A stretch of DNA of 64,000 bases from assembly GCA_020891255.1 (NCBI GenBank), contig BQFW01000015.1, positions 2,356,001 through 2,420,000 of the forward strand, given 5' to 3'. This document shows, one piece after another, positions 38,139-50,619 of this stretch. The translations under genes were made by a program, and so were the position numbers. Every line of letters begins with the position of its first letter. Positions within the stretch are counted from its first letter, which is position 1. The notes under the pieces were generated by a model. That model searched no databases, was not told the origin of the DNA, and saw nothing but the letters and a program-made list of their open reading frames with translations. Source of the DNA: Entomortierella parvispora E1425 (taxonomy: Eukaryota; Fungi; Mortierellomycota).

Positions 38139-39021
38139 ATGGCAGGATCTAAATCAACCGCAGGAGCATCAGGACGTGTTCAAAAGAAGAAGCCTGGTCC
38201 AAAGGCCGCGGCTGCATCTGCTCCAGCCCCCGCAGCCGTCTACCGCGGCTCTGCAAAGGGGGTCACAGAGTTGCCCGTGGCCAGAATCAAGCGTATTATC
38301 AAGGAAGACAAGGATATCGGACTCGTCAGCAACGACGCCGTCTTCTTGATCAGTCTCGCTACTGTAAGAACGGAGAAACCTGCCAGAGGACCGACTCTTG
38401 ACGCCAAGGCGACAGACAATAGGGTCCATACTGACTCTTTGCTTTTGCCATTGTAGGAATACTTTCTGGAGTCATTCACACAAAAGGCCTTTAATTTGGC
38501 AAAGATCGAAAAGAAGAAGAGTGTATTCTACAAACATCTCGGTAAGCAACTCTTTCCTACATAAAGCAAACATAGGATGACTGGGAAACAACAAGGGAAT
38601 AGAACAAAGAGGAACAAAAAAGATGGTCTCATGTTACAACTCCACTCATATCGGTTTCCTTGTACATCCAATAGCCACGGCAGTAACACAGCACGACTCA
38701 CTCGAGTTCCTTCAAGGTGAAAACAGACTCTATCCGCACCGTTCATGGAACCCAGTTGATGTTTGTGAACAGGTTCTTACTAGTTTTCCTTTGTTATTAG
38801 ACGTTATTCCAAAGACTATGCCCTTGTCAGAAGCACTGGAACGGAGACAGACCGCCATGGAACAGGAAGAGCAAGGAGGCGACATGGAAACTGGAGAAGG
38901 AGAGGATGATGATCAGGAACAACAGGATGATGAGGAACCTCGGTCAGAGACAGAAGACACTAGTCGGCCAATGTCAGAAGACGAGGAATTGTCGGCACCA
39001 GACGACATGGATGAGGATTAA
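38139..39021 (+). CDS. Histone-fold (H2A-like NF-YC/NC2-alpha/Dpb3-POLE4 class) protein, most likely Pol epsilon Dpb3/POLE4 or CHRAC-like; 4 exons; about 190 aa
   Basis: ELPVARIKRIIKEDKDI...DAVFLISLATEYFLESF...HLATAV...LEFLQDVIP after splicing (38139-38363, 38457-38541, 38675-38716, 38801-39021); acidic tail. Confidence 0.85.
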
Positions 39022-39211
39022 AAGAAGGATATTGCCTTATCTCTTTCCTCTAGTCTTTTTCCCCACATCAAAAATCTACCATTATCAGTAATAAACATGG
39101 ACCACCATCAACAAACATTGTAACAAGTTCAGAAAAGCAATGATTTTTTTTTATTTCATATTTCAAATATTTGTTCCAGGAGTCAAAAGAAAGGACACCC
39201 ATTCATTCGAT

Positions 39212-42200
39212 CTAGTTCTCGGAACCCAGAGCAAAGGATTGGCGTATGGTCCAGAAAGGTCCTGCCTGGAGAGCCTTAGACTTGGGCGCTGATTTCTCGA
39301 ATGCATCAAACATAGTATTGCCGCTCCACAGACCCAGCTCTCCTTGGGCATCTTCGACAATCCATGGCAAGATCTGGATATGGGCGGATGTATCTTTGGT
39401 TGAAGAAGCCTCAGAGCCATACATCATCACCTTGAGTTCATTCAACTTTCCAGAGCCGGACTTATGGATCAATCCGCTCATAAGGTAAAAGTCATGCTGA
39501 GGCGAATCTGATCCGAAATAACGGCCGACCAGAACATTGTTCAGGATGATCATGGCCGAGAACTCGCCTCGGATTCGACAACAGAGAGGAACATCAGCCG
39601 TAAGGCCAGTGCCATCATCCTCGGGCTGTGGAGGAGGGTTGTGGCGAGAGGAAGACGAGGCAGACACAGGAGGAGAGGGCACACCGGCGGAAGGAGGTCC
39701 TTCAAACTGGGTGCGCCACCAAGTTACACCTCGGTCTGGAACCACCGAGGGCAATTCGGCCGTCGCTTTCCAGCCCTTGGACTCGTGTTCATCTGGGAAG
39801 CCTGTGCTTCCATAGGCCATATCCAATTCTCGGACATCCACACCTGCGACTTGCCACTTCTCGCTGCCCTTGACGACTGTCTTGCCCTGCACTCTGGCCG
39901 AAAGCAATCCTCGAGGGTTACGGATGTCATCCACCACAAACGGCTGACGACTCAAACCCAAGGAATCAATCACAAGGATAATTTCGTGCGTCTGCTCCTC
40001 CGCACGCGAAGCCGCAAGGAGCCGCTGTCGCTCTGGGTTGGGCTCAGAGTTCTGACGCTCATGGATCATGCCCTTTGTCGCCGCGGCCTCGAGGGCCTTA
40101 GTCGTGATCAAGAACTTGTGCGTTCCGCGCGAGATAGGGTCGTAACCCATCTTGGCACCTGGTCGCATCAACTGCCTGGAGTAGGTCATGTGGGATCCGA
40201 TACAGACGCCGTTCACATAGGCAATGACTCGATGACGCGAGTTAAGCTTGAGCCAGATGGGTTGGGCATCTTTACCCGTGGCGGCAACAGTACCTCCAAA
40301 GCGACGGTGGTAAGGTGTGGTCTTGAACTGAGCGCGGTACAGGATGTGACCAGATGTGAAGTGGTAGTCCAGGTTGACATTCTCGAACAAGTCTGACTTG
40401 GGAGCCTTGCGTGGGCACTCTTTCCAGTCCATGATACCGAAATCGGTTGTACGAGTCTGCCATCTCGAAAGTTCCAATCCACTTTGGTTGCGAGAGACCC
40501 ATCCTGCATATGAACCTCGAGCCTCTTCAAGGACAGTCTCGGTCTCGGTCAAAGGAATCGTCTGCAAGGCCAAACCGGGTCCAAAGTCTGAAAGCTCGTT
40601 CACAGGGACAGTGTTGGCATCGCCAAAGGAAAGGATATGCATCTCCTTTTGAGATTCAGTCGATTCGACCGTAAGAGTCTTTTGATCAGGATCATACAGA
40701 GCGTTGTAAGATCCCCAAGTGACAATCTTGGGGGAAGAGGCCATCGCACTGGCGTCGACAGCAGAGTGCTTGCCATCAGCGCGTCTGCGACCATGTCGGT
40801 TATCATAGTAGCAGTACAGAGTGGACAACTCTTGCTGGCCCAAAAAGATGATATGGAGGACTGGGTCGGTGGGGGCCTGGTTGGCACTGCCAAGGACAAC
40901 GAATGCATCCTTGGCTCCCTCAGGAACCGACAGGACACAGACATTTCGGTCGCCTGAGGAAGGACGGATCTTGATACCGTTCTCGGCCGTCATGTTGCGT
41001 CCGCCGGCACTTTGGATCACCAATGCACCTCGGAAGGCCATCTCGGTGGGACCACGACCGGCCAGGGCAGCGATCCAGACTTCCGACTTGTGTGGGTAGT
41101 GGTGCTTCTGGTAAAGCTTGCCAAGGTCACCACCAGAGAAACCACGGATGTGAATGGGGGTAGCGGAGAGAACCAAGTGAATGTCTCGGTTGAGGGTCGT
41201 GTAATTGCCCAGAGCAATAAACGACGACTTGTACGGTGCAAAGCATTTCAGCTTGGTGACACTTCGTCTATCGCTGAGCTCATCCGCAAGTGACGAAAGC
41301 TCAAACTGGTCGACCTTCTTGTGGGAGAAATTGCGGATGAAGGTCAACTCGACGGGGCCACTGCGGTAAGTCAACACCTTGGATTCGCGCTGTTGACAGA
41401 CTGTATTGTAGACGGACGATTTGACGGTTCTTGACCTCTTGTTGGTGATCTCGTCCGTCTGGACAAGGATGTCCGAGAACGATTGGAGGAACAAAAGGCC
41501 GAGGCGGAGGGTTCGCAGGCGGCCAGACATGAGTCCAAACTCGCGAATACTGGCGCTGTAATCGTAAGAGGTGTAAACATCACTGGAGGGGAAAGATGAG
41601 GGATGATGAGAGAAAGGGTCAGATAACTGAGATCGCACCTGGATCAAGCTCAAGCGGCTGCATCCAAATAAAGCTTTAGACTTACCTGTCACCAATGGTG
41701 CCCCAATTGGTACCACCATAAAACATGTAGAAGTTCAGCATGGTACAGCCTTGTGAAAAGACGGTATCGAGCATCAATCGACTATACTTTTCGCCATAAA
41801 ACTTGTAGATCTCATCGTAGGTATACTTGATTCCGTAGTGGTTGAACCAACCGCCTTGGAGTTCAGGAATAAAGATGGGCGTCTTCAGGTTGGCATGACC
41901 AAAGGAGCGGACTTTTCTTTCCATCGAGTCGAGCTCGGACCGCACAGTCGTGGGATCCCATTCTTTGAGATGAGAGGAATCTCGACCGACGACCCACGAG
42001 GATGGTTCGCTGTTGGGTGTGAATACTTTTTACCATGCAAAAAAGGGAAAAAGAAAGGGGAAAAAAAGCAATCAGTCCGGAGTCCCAAGCGCGTTACTGT
42101 GGTTGTGCCACCGACTATCACATCGAGTTTTCGTCCCGTTGTCTTATTGTGTTTGCTTACCTACGTACTTGTCGAACCCATACAAGTCCACGCCAAAGTC

Positions 42201-43013
42201 CTTCTTGTTCTTCCTGGGGTCATCTTTGACCACAAAGGATCCTTGCTCAAACCCATCGTTCGTAAACAACGGGACAGTGATGCCACAATCCCTCGCCGTC
42301 TTGGCCAGCACCCTCATGTCATCGTGCAGTCCAATCGGATACCCAAAGACATGCTGAAAGTTTTCATTCTCGATCTGAAGTGCAATCACGCACCCTTCCT
42401 TCCCATTCGTGATCTGGTGCCGACCCAGGATGGGCAGGATGTGTTCAAAGTACTCGACACAGTACTCCATAAACTTGGGATCGTACTCTTTCCAAAAGTT
42501 GGTCTTCATATGTCTCAATCGGATCTCGCGCTGGGCCGCCAACCAGATGGGGAACCCACCCGCTTGGGTCTCGGCGCAGATGTAGGGTCCAGGGGCTGCC
42601 AGGACGTAGAGTCCAATCTCTTCGCAGAGCAGAAGCAAGTACTCTATATCACGATTGCCATCAAAGACATATTTGCCCGGGGCGGGTGAATGGAACCCCC
42701 AATGGAAGTAGATGCGGATACAATTGAGGCCAGCGGATCGGTATTGTTGAAGCATGGGTTTCCAACGAGTCTTGTCGGGCAGGCGCCAGTAGTGAAACTC
42801 GCCCGAGAGAATCAGGGTCCGTTGGCCGTGTAGAATCAATGAGTGGGCATCATAGTCCAGGATGTGACCAAACCGGGCTCGGTCGTAGAGGGTATCGGTT
42901 GTGTGAATGTCGGTGAGGGTGCCGGTGGCACGGCGCTCGATGTACTGGTGTACGGCCACACCGAGGCCGAGGATTGCGGCGGCGACCGTGGCTGTCAATG
43001 GTCCGGCTGGCAT
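39212..43013 (-). CDS. Glycoside hydrolase family 35 beta-galactosidase with an N-terminal membrane anchor; at least 3 exons
   Basis: ILSGEFHYWRLP, PGPYICAETQAGGFP, catalytic QIENE and PELQGGWF, YMFYGGTNWG, YTSYDYSA; C-terminal jelly-roll motifs (ILNNVLVGRY, PQHDFYL). The exact first-intron boundary (about 42160-42007) is uncertain. Confidence 0.92.
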
Positions 43014-43753
43014 TGTATTCTTGGAGGACTGGAGGAAATGGGTGAGTTGACTGTGAGGTGGGAAAAAAACAAGAAGTAAAACAAAAAGAAGAGAGCGCGG
43101 ACGGTATGGAAGAAAAGGAGACGTGAGGAAAAGAAGCAAAGAGGAAAGAAAGAAAAGAAAGAAATAGGACAAGAGTTGGTGTGTGGGGTCAAACAGCGTC
43201 GTGTGAGGGCACAAGCATCACCACACTGGGTCTCCCTGGGGTTGATTGCATCCCTTCCCATCCCATCCCATACCATCCATTCCACCGTCATGACCTGCGG
43301 GAACATTGTTTGTCATTTGTGATGAGCATCTCTTTGGTTCTTTGTCCATTCGCCCGCCAAAAAAAGAAGTAGCACGACCAAAAGAGAAGCAAAAAAAGAG
43401 AGGGAAAGAGAGAAAGGGGAAAGACAGAGAAGCGGCCCAGCGTCGTGTTTCCCTTCTTGTCGTTGACACTTTTGCTCTTGTTTGGTTTGCATGACAGCGC
43501 TCCCTGCATATTCATGCGGACCGCGTCTTATCATGATTGTGGCCCTGTGCCTACTCTGGGCAAGGACATATCCAATGTCTGGAGCAAGTCAGGTCAAGAC
43601 AGGACATATCCAGACCAAAGTCCATAATGTAGTCCTCTATCAAATCGAAGGAGGCATAGGCACACACGGGAGAATCGAGGACGTACGTGTGCAAGCAGTA
43701 ATCGTTGAGGATCTAGTATCTATTGGCCCTAGGCCGAGGTAGGCCGAGGACGA

Positions 43754-45552
43754 ACGCGTCCAGGCCCGATAGTCAATCGACGCTTGCACTAGCCACCATC
43801 CTAGCAAAAGCAATGTTGAAAGAAAAGAGCGTGCCTTTTGCTATTGTTCCCTGGCTGCTCTCGCGCGAGACCACTCTTAACCTTGGTGCAGCCATGATTC
43901 GTTCCTCGGTTCCTTCCAGGCTGTCTCCCACCTCACAGCGTCATATTGCATTATGTATTATGAAAATGAGCGACACCCACGTGTGTTCTTGTGTTCTTGA
44001 CGTGTCTTCTTTTTTTGTTCTCCTTCAGGTAATTAACGCGGAGAGAGATGATGACGGTGAAGATGATCAGCCATGGTCCCTGTCGGCCGTTGCAGGGGTG
44101 GCAGAAATAGAGACTGCGGGTGAGGATAGCAACCTGGACAGTGGCCGTCTGGCCATGCGGCGGTTCTCCATCTCCCTCTCTCTGTCCTCCTCGGTCCGTC
44201 CGATGCAATAATGAATGGGCCAACGGGCAGAAAGAAAAAAAAATTTTTTTTCTCTTTTGCATCCGCTTTGCCGCGCTTTTTCTCTTTTCTCTCTCTTTCT
44301 CGCTTCCCCTTCCTTCATCAGCTTGCTCCCTCCCCTTTCACTCTCATTCTCATCATCCTGTTCTTCTCAACGCAGCTGCATCCTCATCCCACGACTTCTC
44401 ATTCTTCATACACACGCACTCTCTCCTCCTTCCTATCGTTCTCTTCTCTTCCTCACCCATTGCTACAAACGCACGCGTCAACATCCATCACAACCCCGGT
44501 CATGGCCACAGCGAAGGAAAGCCCGAGTCTCCACGTCAAGATCCCTAATCCTTCCATTCTCCCTCCTGCCCCAACATCCTCTTCTTCTACAATCACAATG
44601 TCACAGTTCGGCGCAGCTTCAACCCCTCCCACAGCCTCCACTCCAACCTCTGGCATGCACTCTCCACCGTTGTCGGCCTCCATTCACGATAACCTAGACT
44701 CTGAAATAACCCTAGCGGCAGTACCACCTGCAACAACGCCTGAAGTCCCTCTGACGACTGCACCACCAGCCGGAGCGAACCTCCATCCTCAATCAAATGA
44801 TGCTGCGGGGAGTACAAGCAGAAAAGGTAGCAGCAGTCCTAACACCGCACTCAGCTCAGCGGAGATACCTTTGACTACGACCACAGTTCTCCAGTCCGCT
44901 GGGGATGCAGAGCGCGTCGCGATACCAACGGGTTCTACCTCTGGGGCATCAGCATCAGCACCAGTAGCGGCGATATCCAAGGCCGAGCCAAAGTCGCCGT
45001 CTCTTCCTGTTCTCACGAAGGGTCTGTCCGAGTCAAGCGCGGACAATAGTGACAGCGGCAGTAGCGCTATGGATGAGGATCTCAGTCAGGTCTCGAACGT
45101 CTCGAATGCCTCGAGCATGTCGGATGAAAGCAAGCTTGATGATCTCCAACGTCAGCAACGCCATCAGAACAAACAAATGGCCATTGACCATGTCATTCGA
45201 AAAGGCAAGATCTTGAAGGTAATAGACCCTCCTTATTCTCTCCTTTTTTCCCTCTATGCGCGAACGCCGCACTTTGGAAGCAACAAACGCCTTGTCCCCT
45301 CCAACGGAAAGGGATGCTGCACAAAATAGACAACGCCCAGACTTGACACCTTGATCCTCTCCAACGATTCGTTTCCTTTGCTGCAGTTGTTGCTGCTGCT
45401 GACTTATCCCTCAGGTCTGTGTCTTCGGACCAACCAGTGGGGTCGATTTTTTTTTTTTTTTTTTTTTTCTTTCTGCTCGCGTGTTTTTTTTCGTAACGTG
45501 ACAGAGAGTTTGCACGGAGCAGTCACTTTTGTGGTTCTTTGCTTTTACGCGT
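43754..45552. promoter_or_regulatory. Three MCB (ACGCGT) elements around the Whi5/Nrm1-like gene
   Basis: ACGCGT at 43754-43759, 44473-44478 (just upstream of the ATG) and 45547-45552 (intron 1). Confidence 0.4.
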
Positions 45553-47180
45553 CTGACAGGTCTTTTTCTGTCTCTAATTGACCATAGGTTTCCCGCAGAC
45601 TGAGGACACGACTCGAGTACGCCATCTTGAAGATCAGACGTGGGTGGTCAAAGTACACATTACAGGAGGTGGAGTCTTTGATCCAGCCAGCTTGCTCACC
45701 CATTATTGCAGGACGCAAGCTTCACGGCACCGCTTCTGGTCACAATTCCCCTCGCCAAGCAGAGCGGAAGCGAATCAGAAAATTGTACCCTTCATACGAG
45801 GAAGTCTCAGTCCAACACCATCACCAAAGAAGTTCGTCGGACCCCGCTCAAGTGGAGATGGACGAGAGCATGGATCAAGTGTACGCAACTTACCGGGCCC
45901 GCCTTCCTTCTTTTTCACAGTACAAGGACTCTGAGCTGTTCCTCCCAGCAAAGTCATTGATGGAGATCGCCACCTCCAAGCCCGAGCCAGGATACGTATC
46001 ACCCTATCAGCGGTCTCCCAATATTCAAGCGACCCAATACCTGCCTGGCGATCACAGTGCACATAGTAGCCGACATGCGACTCCAGAACCTCTTTACCGC
46101 GATGCGACACCCGGCAGGGAAGCTGCCCAGAGTCCTGGACGATGGTCGACGTACTCTTCGCCCGTCACGCCAAGTGCTGCGACGTTTGAAGAGGAGGAGC
46201 AGAGTGAAGGCGGTGTCCCCTCCGCTGCACAGGCAGCGAGGACAATCCTGATGCTCTCAAGTCCAACCCGGCCTCCACCCAGGACACTGAATCAGAACTA
46301 TATTTTCGACATGCACGCGGGCAGCCCAACAACATCACCTTTTGGGGGAGAGTGGACCGCGCCCTATTCGCCTATTACTTCTTCTCCTTTGGTGCAGTTC
46401 CAAACGAACGCTTCGAGCTCGCCCTCGCCTGATCGATCTCCCTCGCACACACATCATAGCAGCGTTGAAGCCGAGCGGGGCTCTTCCTACACGACTACAC
46501 CAAGGGGATCTCCTTACCCTGGTGGAAGTGGCTCTCGTGTACTGAAGCAGTCGTACTCGAGTCTCTATGGCACTGGACATGAGCCTGCATCCCCCTCCCC
46601 ACTTTCGACATCGTTATTCCCATCTTCACATGAGTCTCAAAAGAGCCACAGCAGGAGCTCAAGCCCAACACTCAAACGAGCAGCCCGCTTTGCAGCGGCG
46701 GCGACCCTGGATTCCAAGGAAAGCCGCACAGATTACAACAGCACAGTGGACCAAGTGTATCCAGAATGGCAGCAGGCACGTGATGATAGACAAGATCCAT
46801 CCATGGAGTTGCTTTATCCATCCTCATCTTCATCATCGACATCGGCCCATTACCAGAGTCAAAACTATGGAACCAGGACACCGCCACATCAGACAGCATC
46901 GTCACCAGGTGGTGTGTATACACAGCAGCAGCAGCAGCAGCAACAGCATTCGCATGGTATGAGAACGCCTCCTCCTAGCGGTGGCAAGGAGCTTGGCCAT
47001 GCCCATTATTCTACAAGCATGCGTCGTAGGGATAGCGGCATGCTGGCGCCGCCAGGTACAGAGATGGACTTGACCAAGCTTCTTCGTGCGGGCGGACCAT
47101 CAGGCAGTCATCACAGCAGCCGACATGGATCTGCGACCGCGTCTCCTAACCCTGGATCGCCCTATCACCATCGGTCGTAG
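44502..47180 (+). CDS. Whi5/Nrm1-like G1/S transcriptional repressor (GTB motif; disordered, S/T-P rich); 2 exons (44502-45218, 45588-47180); about 769 aa
   Basis: Splicing yields VSRRLRTRLEYAILKIRRGWSKYTLQEVESL, which matches the Whi5-like motif (LRTRLxYAxxKxxxGW...LxEVE). Many SP/TP sites. Confidence 0.8.
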
Positions 47181-47674
47181 CGACATTCTGCGTCCTTGAA
47201 GTATGTATTTATTGTTTCTTTTGTGATATTGCGCGTTTGTATTATTGTTTTGTAGATTTGTCTTTGTAGCCTTGTTCCTTTCTCTCTCTCTATCCAGCAT
47301 ATGTTTCTATATCATTTTCTTTGTCATCAATATATGTACTTTCATTGCTACCATACTTCAGTCAATAACAAGTATCAGACTTGAAAGAAAAAAACACACA
47401 CGAACAAACAGTCGAGAAACGAAGTGGCTTTTTGTCACCCTACTCAAAGCAGTTCCCAAACTTAAAACAGGGGGGAGGACCGTTGTGAGCGGAGTCGTGC
47501 GGTCTGCACAAAGGGGTCCAGGCGCAACTTCTTTTTTCCATTGCTCGGCGCTTTTTCATCCTGTATTCATCCTGCATCCTGTCATTTGTTTGCACTCCAT
47601 CCTTCCTTCCTTCTCTCTCTCTCATCTCTACGACGAAAACGACTACTTCAACTACACAACAAACCACCTCATAC

Positions 47675-48589
47675 ATGGGCAAGGACAGGGACAAGGACAA
47701 GGACGAAGGCGACATTGAGCTGTCCACACCGATCCCACCACCACTGACTGATGCCGCCCAATCTGCACGGATTACACCTCCTGTTCTACCTCCTCGTGAT
47801 GGCATTCCTCAATCACTTTTAAGACAACGAGGCGACAAAGGAGCAGGGGCGACCCGTACCTGGACCACTATCACTTGGCCCCCCGCCCTAGAAACACACA
47901 TGATCACAGCACGGTTCTACGACGGGGCCGTGGCCATGACCACGACCCTCCCCGCTCACTCTTCCGTCAACGGGACCTTCTTCCCCAACTATACCCTTTC
48001 TATCAATACTACCACTACTCGCTCCCCGCCCACCACCGTCCTGGGCTTGGAACCCCCTCCTCCTTACACCTCTGGCGTCTCACCTTACTCTAATGCAGAC
48101 GGCAGTGGGTCCTCGGGCCCTTCCAAGGCCACACAGATCCGCACCTGGGCCCTTGTGGTCGCCGGCGTTGTCCTCGTCGCTCTTGTCGGAGGCTTGATGT
48201 TACGCCGGTACCGGCGGAGGATTGGACGGGCCAAGAAACAAGAGCCGGTCCGACATTTCATGACGGTGGGCGAAGACGATGGCGAAAGTGACCGAGGCGA
48301 TGGGATCGGTCCAGGCGGTCTTGGAGGCGGAGGAGGAGGAGGAGCAGGCAGTTCACATATCAACGTCTCGGGTCTGGACGGTCCTGGGACGAGCAGTCTA
48401 GGCGGTGGTGCAGGCATTGGATCCTCGGGTCTGGAGACCCTGCCCGATGGCAGTATAGCCCTGTCCAACCTCGGTGCTTCTTCCAGTCAACAGAGTTATA
48501 ATAATCCAACCTCGAGCAACAATGTCCGGGAACGCAGAAACTCACAACCTGTCCCCAGACAACTCGAGCTCGATGGCAAACTTCGATAA
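47675..48589 (+). CDS. Uncharacterised single-pass membrane protein (Thr/Pro-rich N-terminal part, TM, Gly/Ser-rich tail)
   Basis: Single-exon 304-aa ORF; TM WALVVAGVVLVALVGGLML followed by RRYRRR; N-glycosylation sequons NGT, NYT, NTT before the TM; no clear signal peptide. Confidence 0.65.
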   Translation: MGKDRDKDKDEGDIELSTPIPPPLTDAAQSARITPPVLPPRDGIPQSLLRQRGDKGAGATRTWTTITWPPALETHMITARFYDGAVAMTTTLPAHSSVNGTFFPNYTLSINTTTTRSPPTTVLGLEPPPPYTSGVSPYSNADGSGSSGPSKATQIRTWALVVAGVVLVALVGGLMLRRYRRRIGRAKKQEPVRHFMTVGEDDGESDRGDGIGPGGLGGGGGGGAGSSHINVSGLDGPGTSSLGGGAGIGSSGLETLPDGSIALSNLGASSSQQSYNNPTSSNNVRERRNSQPVPRQLELDGKLR

Positions 48590-48807
48590 TAAATCACCTA
48601 ATCTTAATTGCTGCTATATCATTTCAACTCCCAAGAAGGACTAGAACAGAGAGCCATGAACAGTGAACAGCCAAGGACCAACCGAAACAAATACAAGCAA
48701 AAAGGATGAAAAAAAAAAGGGCCTTTTTAGAATGGGGGGTATTTTCTTGAAAATGTTCGTATCCTCCTTTCTGTTTGTTTTTCTCCGCTGTATCTTCCTT
48801 GCGTTTT

Positions 48808-50619
48808 CTACTCGGTCTTGAAAGACTTGGGAGAACGCTTCTTGGGCATGACAATCGAAAGGACAACGTCGGTTCCGAGCAAGCCCAACATGACCCAGAT
48901 GCCAAGGTAGTTGATCGAGCGAACAGCCTCCAAAGACTTGTCTATCTGCAACAAGTCAAAGGGAACAGCAGCAAAGTACAAGGCGCTGGTCGTCAACAAC
49001 CAGGTGAAGGTGCCCCAAGCAGCCTTGGAAACGGCGTGTGCCACACCACTCTGACGTCCAATGAAGGCATCCATGCGGCGACCCAAACGAGCCGACCAAC
49101 GACGCTCAGTCTCCATGTCCATGAACTCAAGTCCAAAGCAGAAAAAGTAGCCCAGATGGGTTCCGTGCCAGATGGCCAAGAACAACAACACACCGAGAGC
49201 CGACAGGTTCTTGTTGCCGAGGAAACGAAGACGCTTGAAAATGTACAGCTTGGCCCAAAAGTTGGTGTTCATGTTGAACGAGGAGATGATCTGGGACAAG
49301 GAGGTGGCAAACTCATAGTTGATGGGGTTCACATTTCTCAATCCATCCCACTCTGGCTTGCCCTGAGCATCGTAGCCGTTGAAGGTGATTCCAGAAAGAA
49401 CACAAGGTCCCTCGCCAATAGTCCAGATACCAAGGTACTACAGAGCAAAAAAAAAAAAGAAAAAAACAATACAGTATGGTTAGCATCAAGAAAGGGCGGA
49501 CAGGAATGAAAACATTGACCCTTTCCCTGCACCAAAGACGTTCACATAACGGTTGATCATTCGTACCTTGTTCAAAACGGTCTTGCCAGTCCACCAGAAG
49601 ATAAAGACTCTCTCCGCAAACGAACGCTCCAAGAACGCCTTGCCGAGCAACGCCGTAGTGGGGAAGTAGCCTCCGAGGACCTGTCCCAATCCCAGATAAA
49701 ACACGCCCAAGAAGAAGCAACGAGTGGCATAGCGCAAAGAGCCCTGAGGGATCCCGTTCGCCGTCGCAGCCGCAGCAGCCCGAGCCTCATCCTGTCCTGC
49801 AGACGAAGGCACTGGCACGTTGAAGAGCTTCATTGTGATAAACTTCTTGTACAAGGAGAATGAGAACTGGGGACCGACCAAGAACGAAAAGGGGAAGAAG
49901 GCATAAGCCAAAGTCTCGGACAAGGAAGGCAACTCGGGCAGAGCAATATCACGACCAAACGAGATGGGGGTCTTCTCCCGAACAGGTGCAGCCACAGCAG
50001 CAGCGGCAGGGGCAGTGGCGACAGGAGACATTTCCGAGGTCTTTTCAATCACAGGGGTGCCAGCAGGGGCTGACTTCTTGACCGACTTTGGCTGTCCATC
50101 CATAAAGTCCATGCCGTAGCCAATCATGCGCAAGCACTGGACACACTGCTGCATGGTATAGCAAATATCGTAACCCTCCGTCGCCGCATACTTGTAGCTG
50201 GTCAACAGGTATCCAAAGTTGAACAAGAACGAAAGAGTGGAGGCGGTGGTCCTGTTCTTGGGCGAGACCAAGGCAAAGAAGCGGCAGATGGCCCAGGTAC
50301 CAATCGCGGTCGTCAAGGGGTGGACGATATCGAACGAGTTGAAGAAGTAGGACATCAACAGACCGGTGACGAGGAAGAACCAGTTACGGGCCGATTCGCC
50401 AATGATGGACGAGGTCCTGTTGAGGAAGATGAGTCTGTAAAAGATGGCGATGGGGTACCCGGCCAAGATCGTCAGGAGCAGACGGAGCGATGGCTCGGGG
50501 ATGCCGGACGACTCACTGAGGGAGTGGGTCAGGCCATAGTCGAGAAAGGGCGAGGCTGGACGGGGGGCGAACCAGGCGGGCAGGTAGGTCGCATCGACCT
50601 GTTGCAGGAGCGCGTTCAT
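48808..50619 (-). CDS. MBOAT-family lysophospholipid acyltransferase (LPCAT3/Ale1-like); 2 exons (50619-49567, 49437-48808)
   Basis: LRLLLTILAGYP, QCLRMIGYGMDFMDG, FLVGPQF, SFNMNTNFWAK...IFKRL, catalytic FLAIWHG, FFCF...E. Multiple TMs. Confidence 0.93.
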
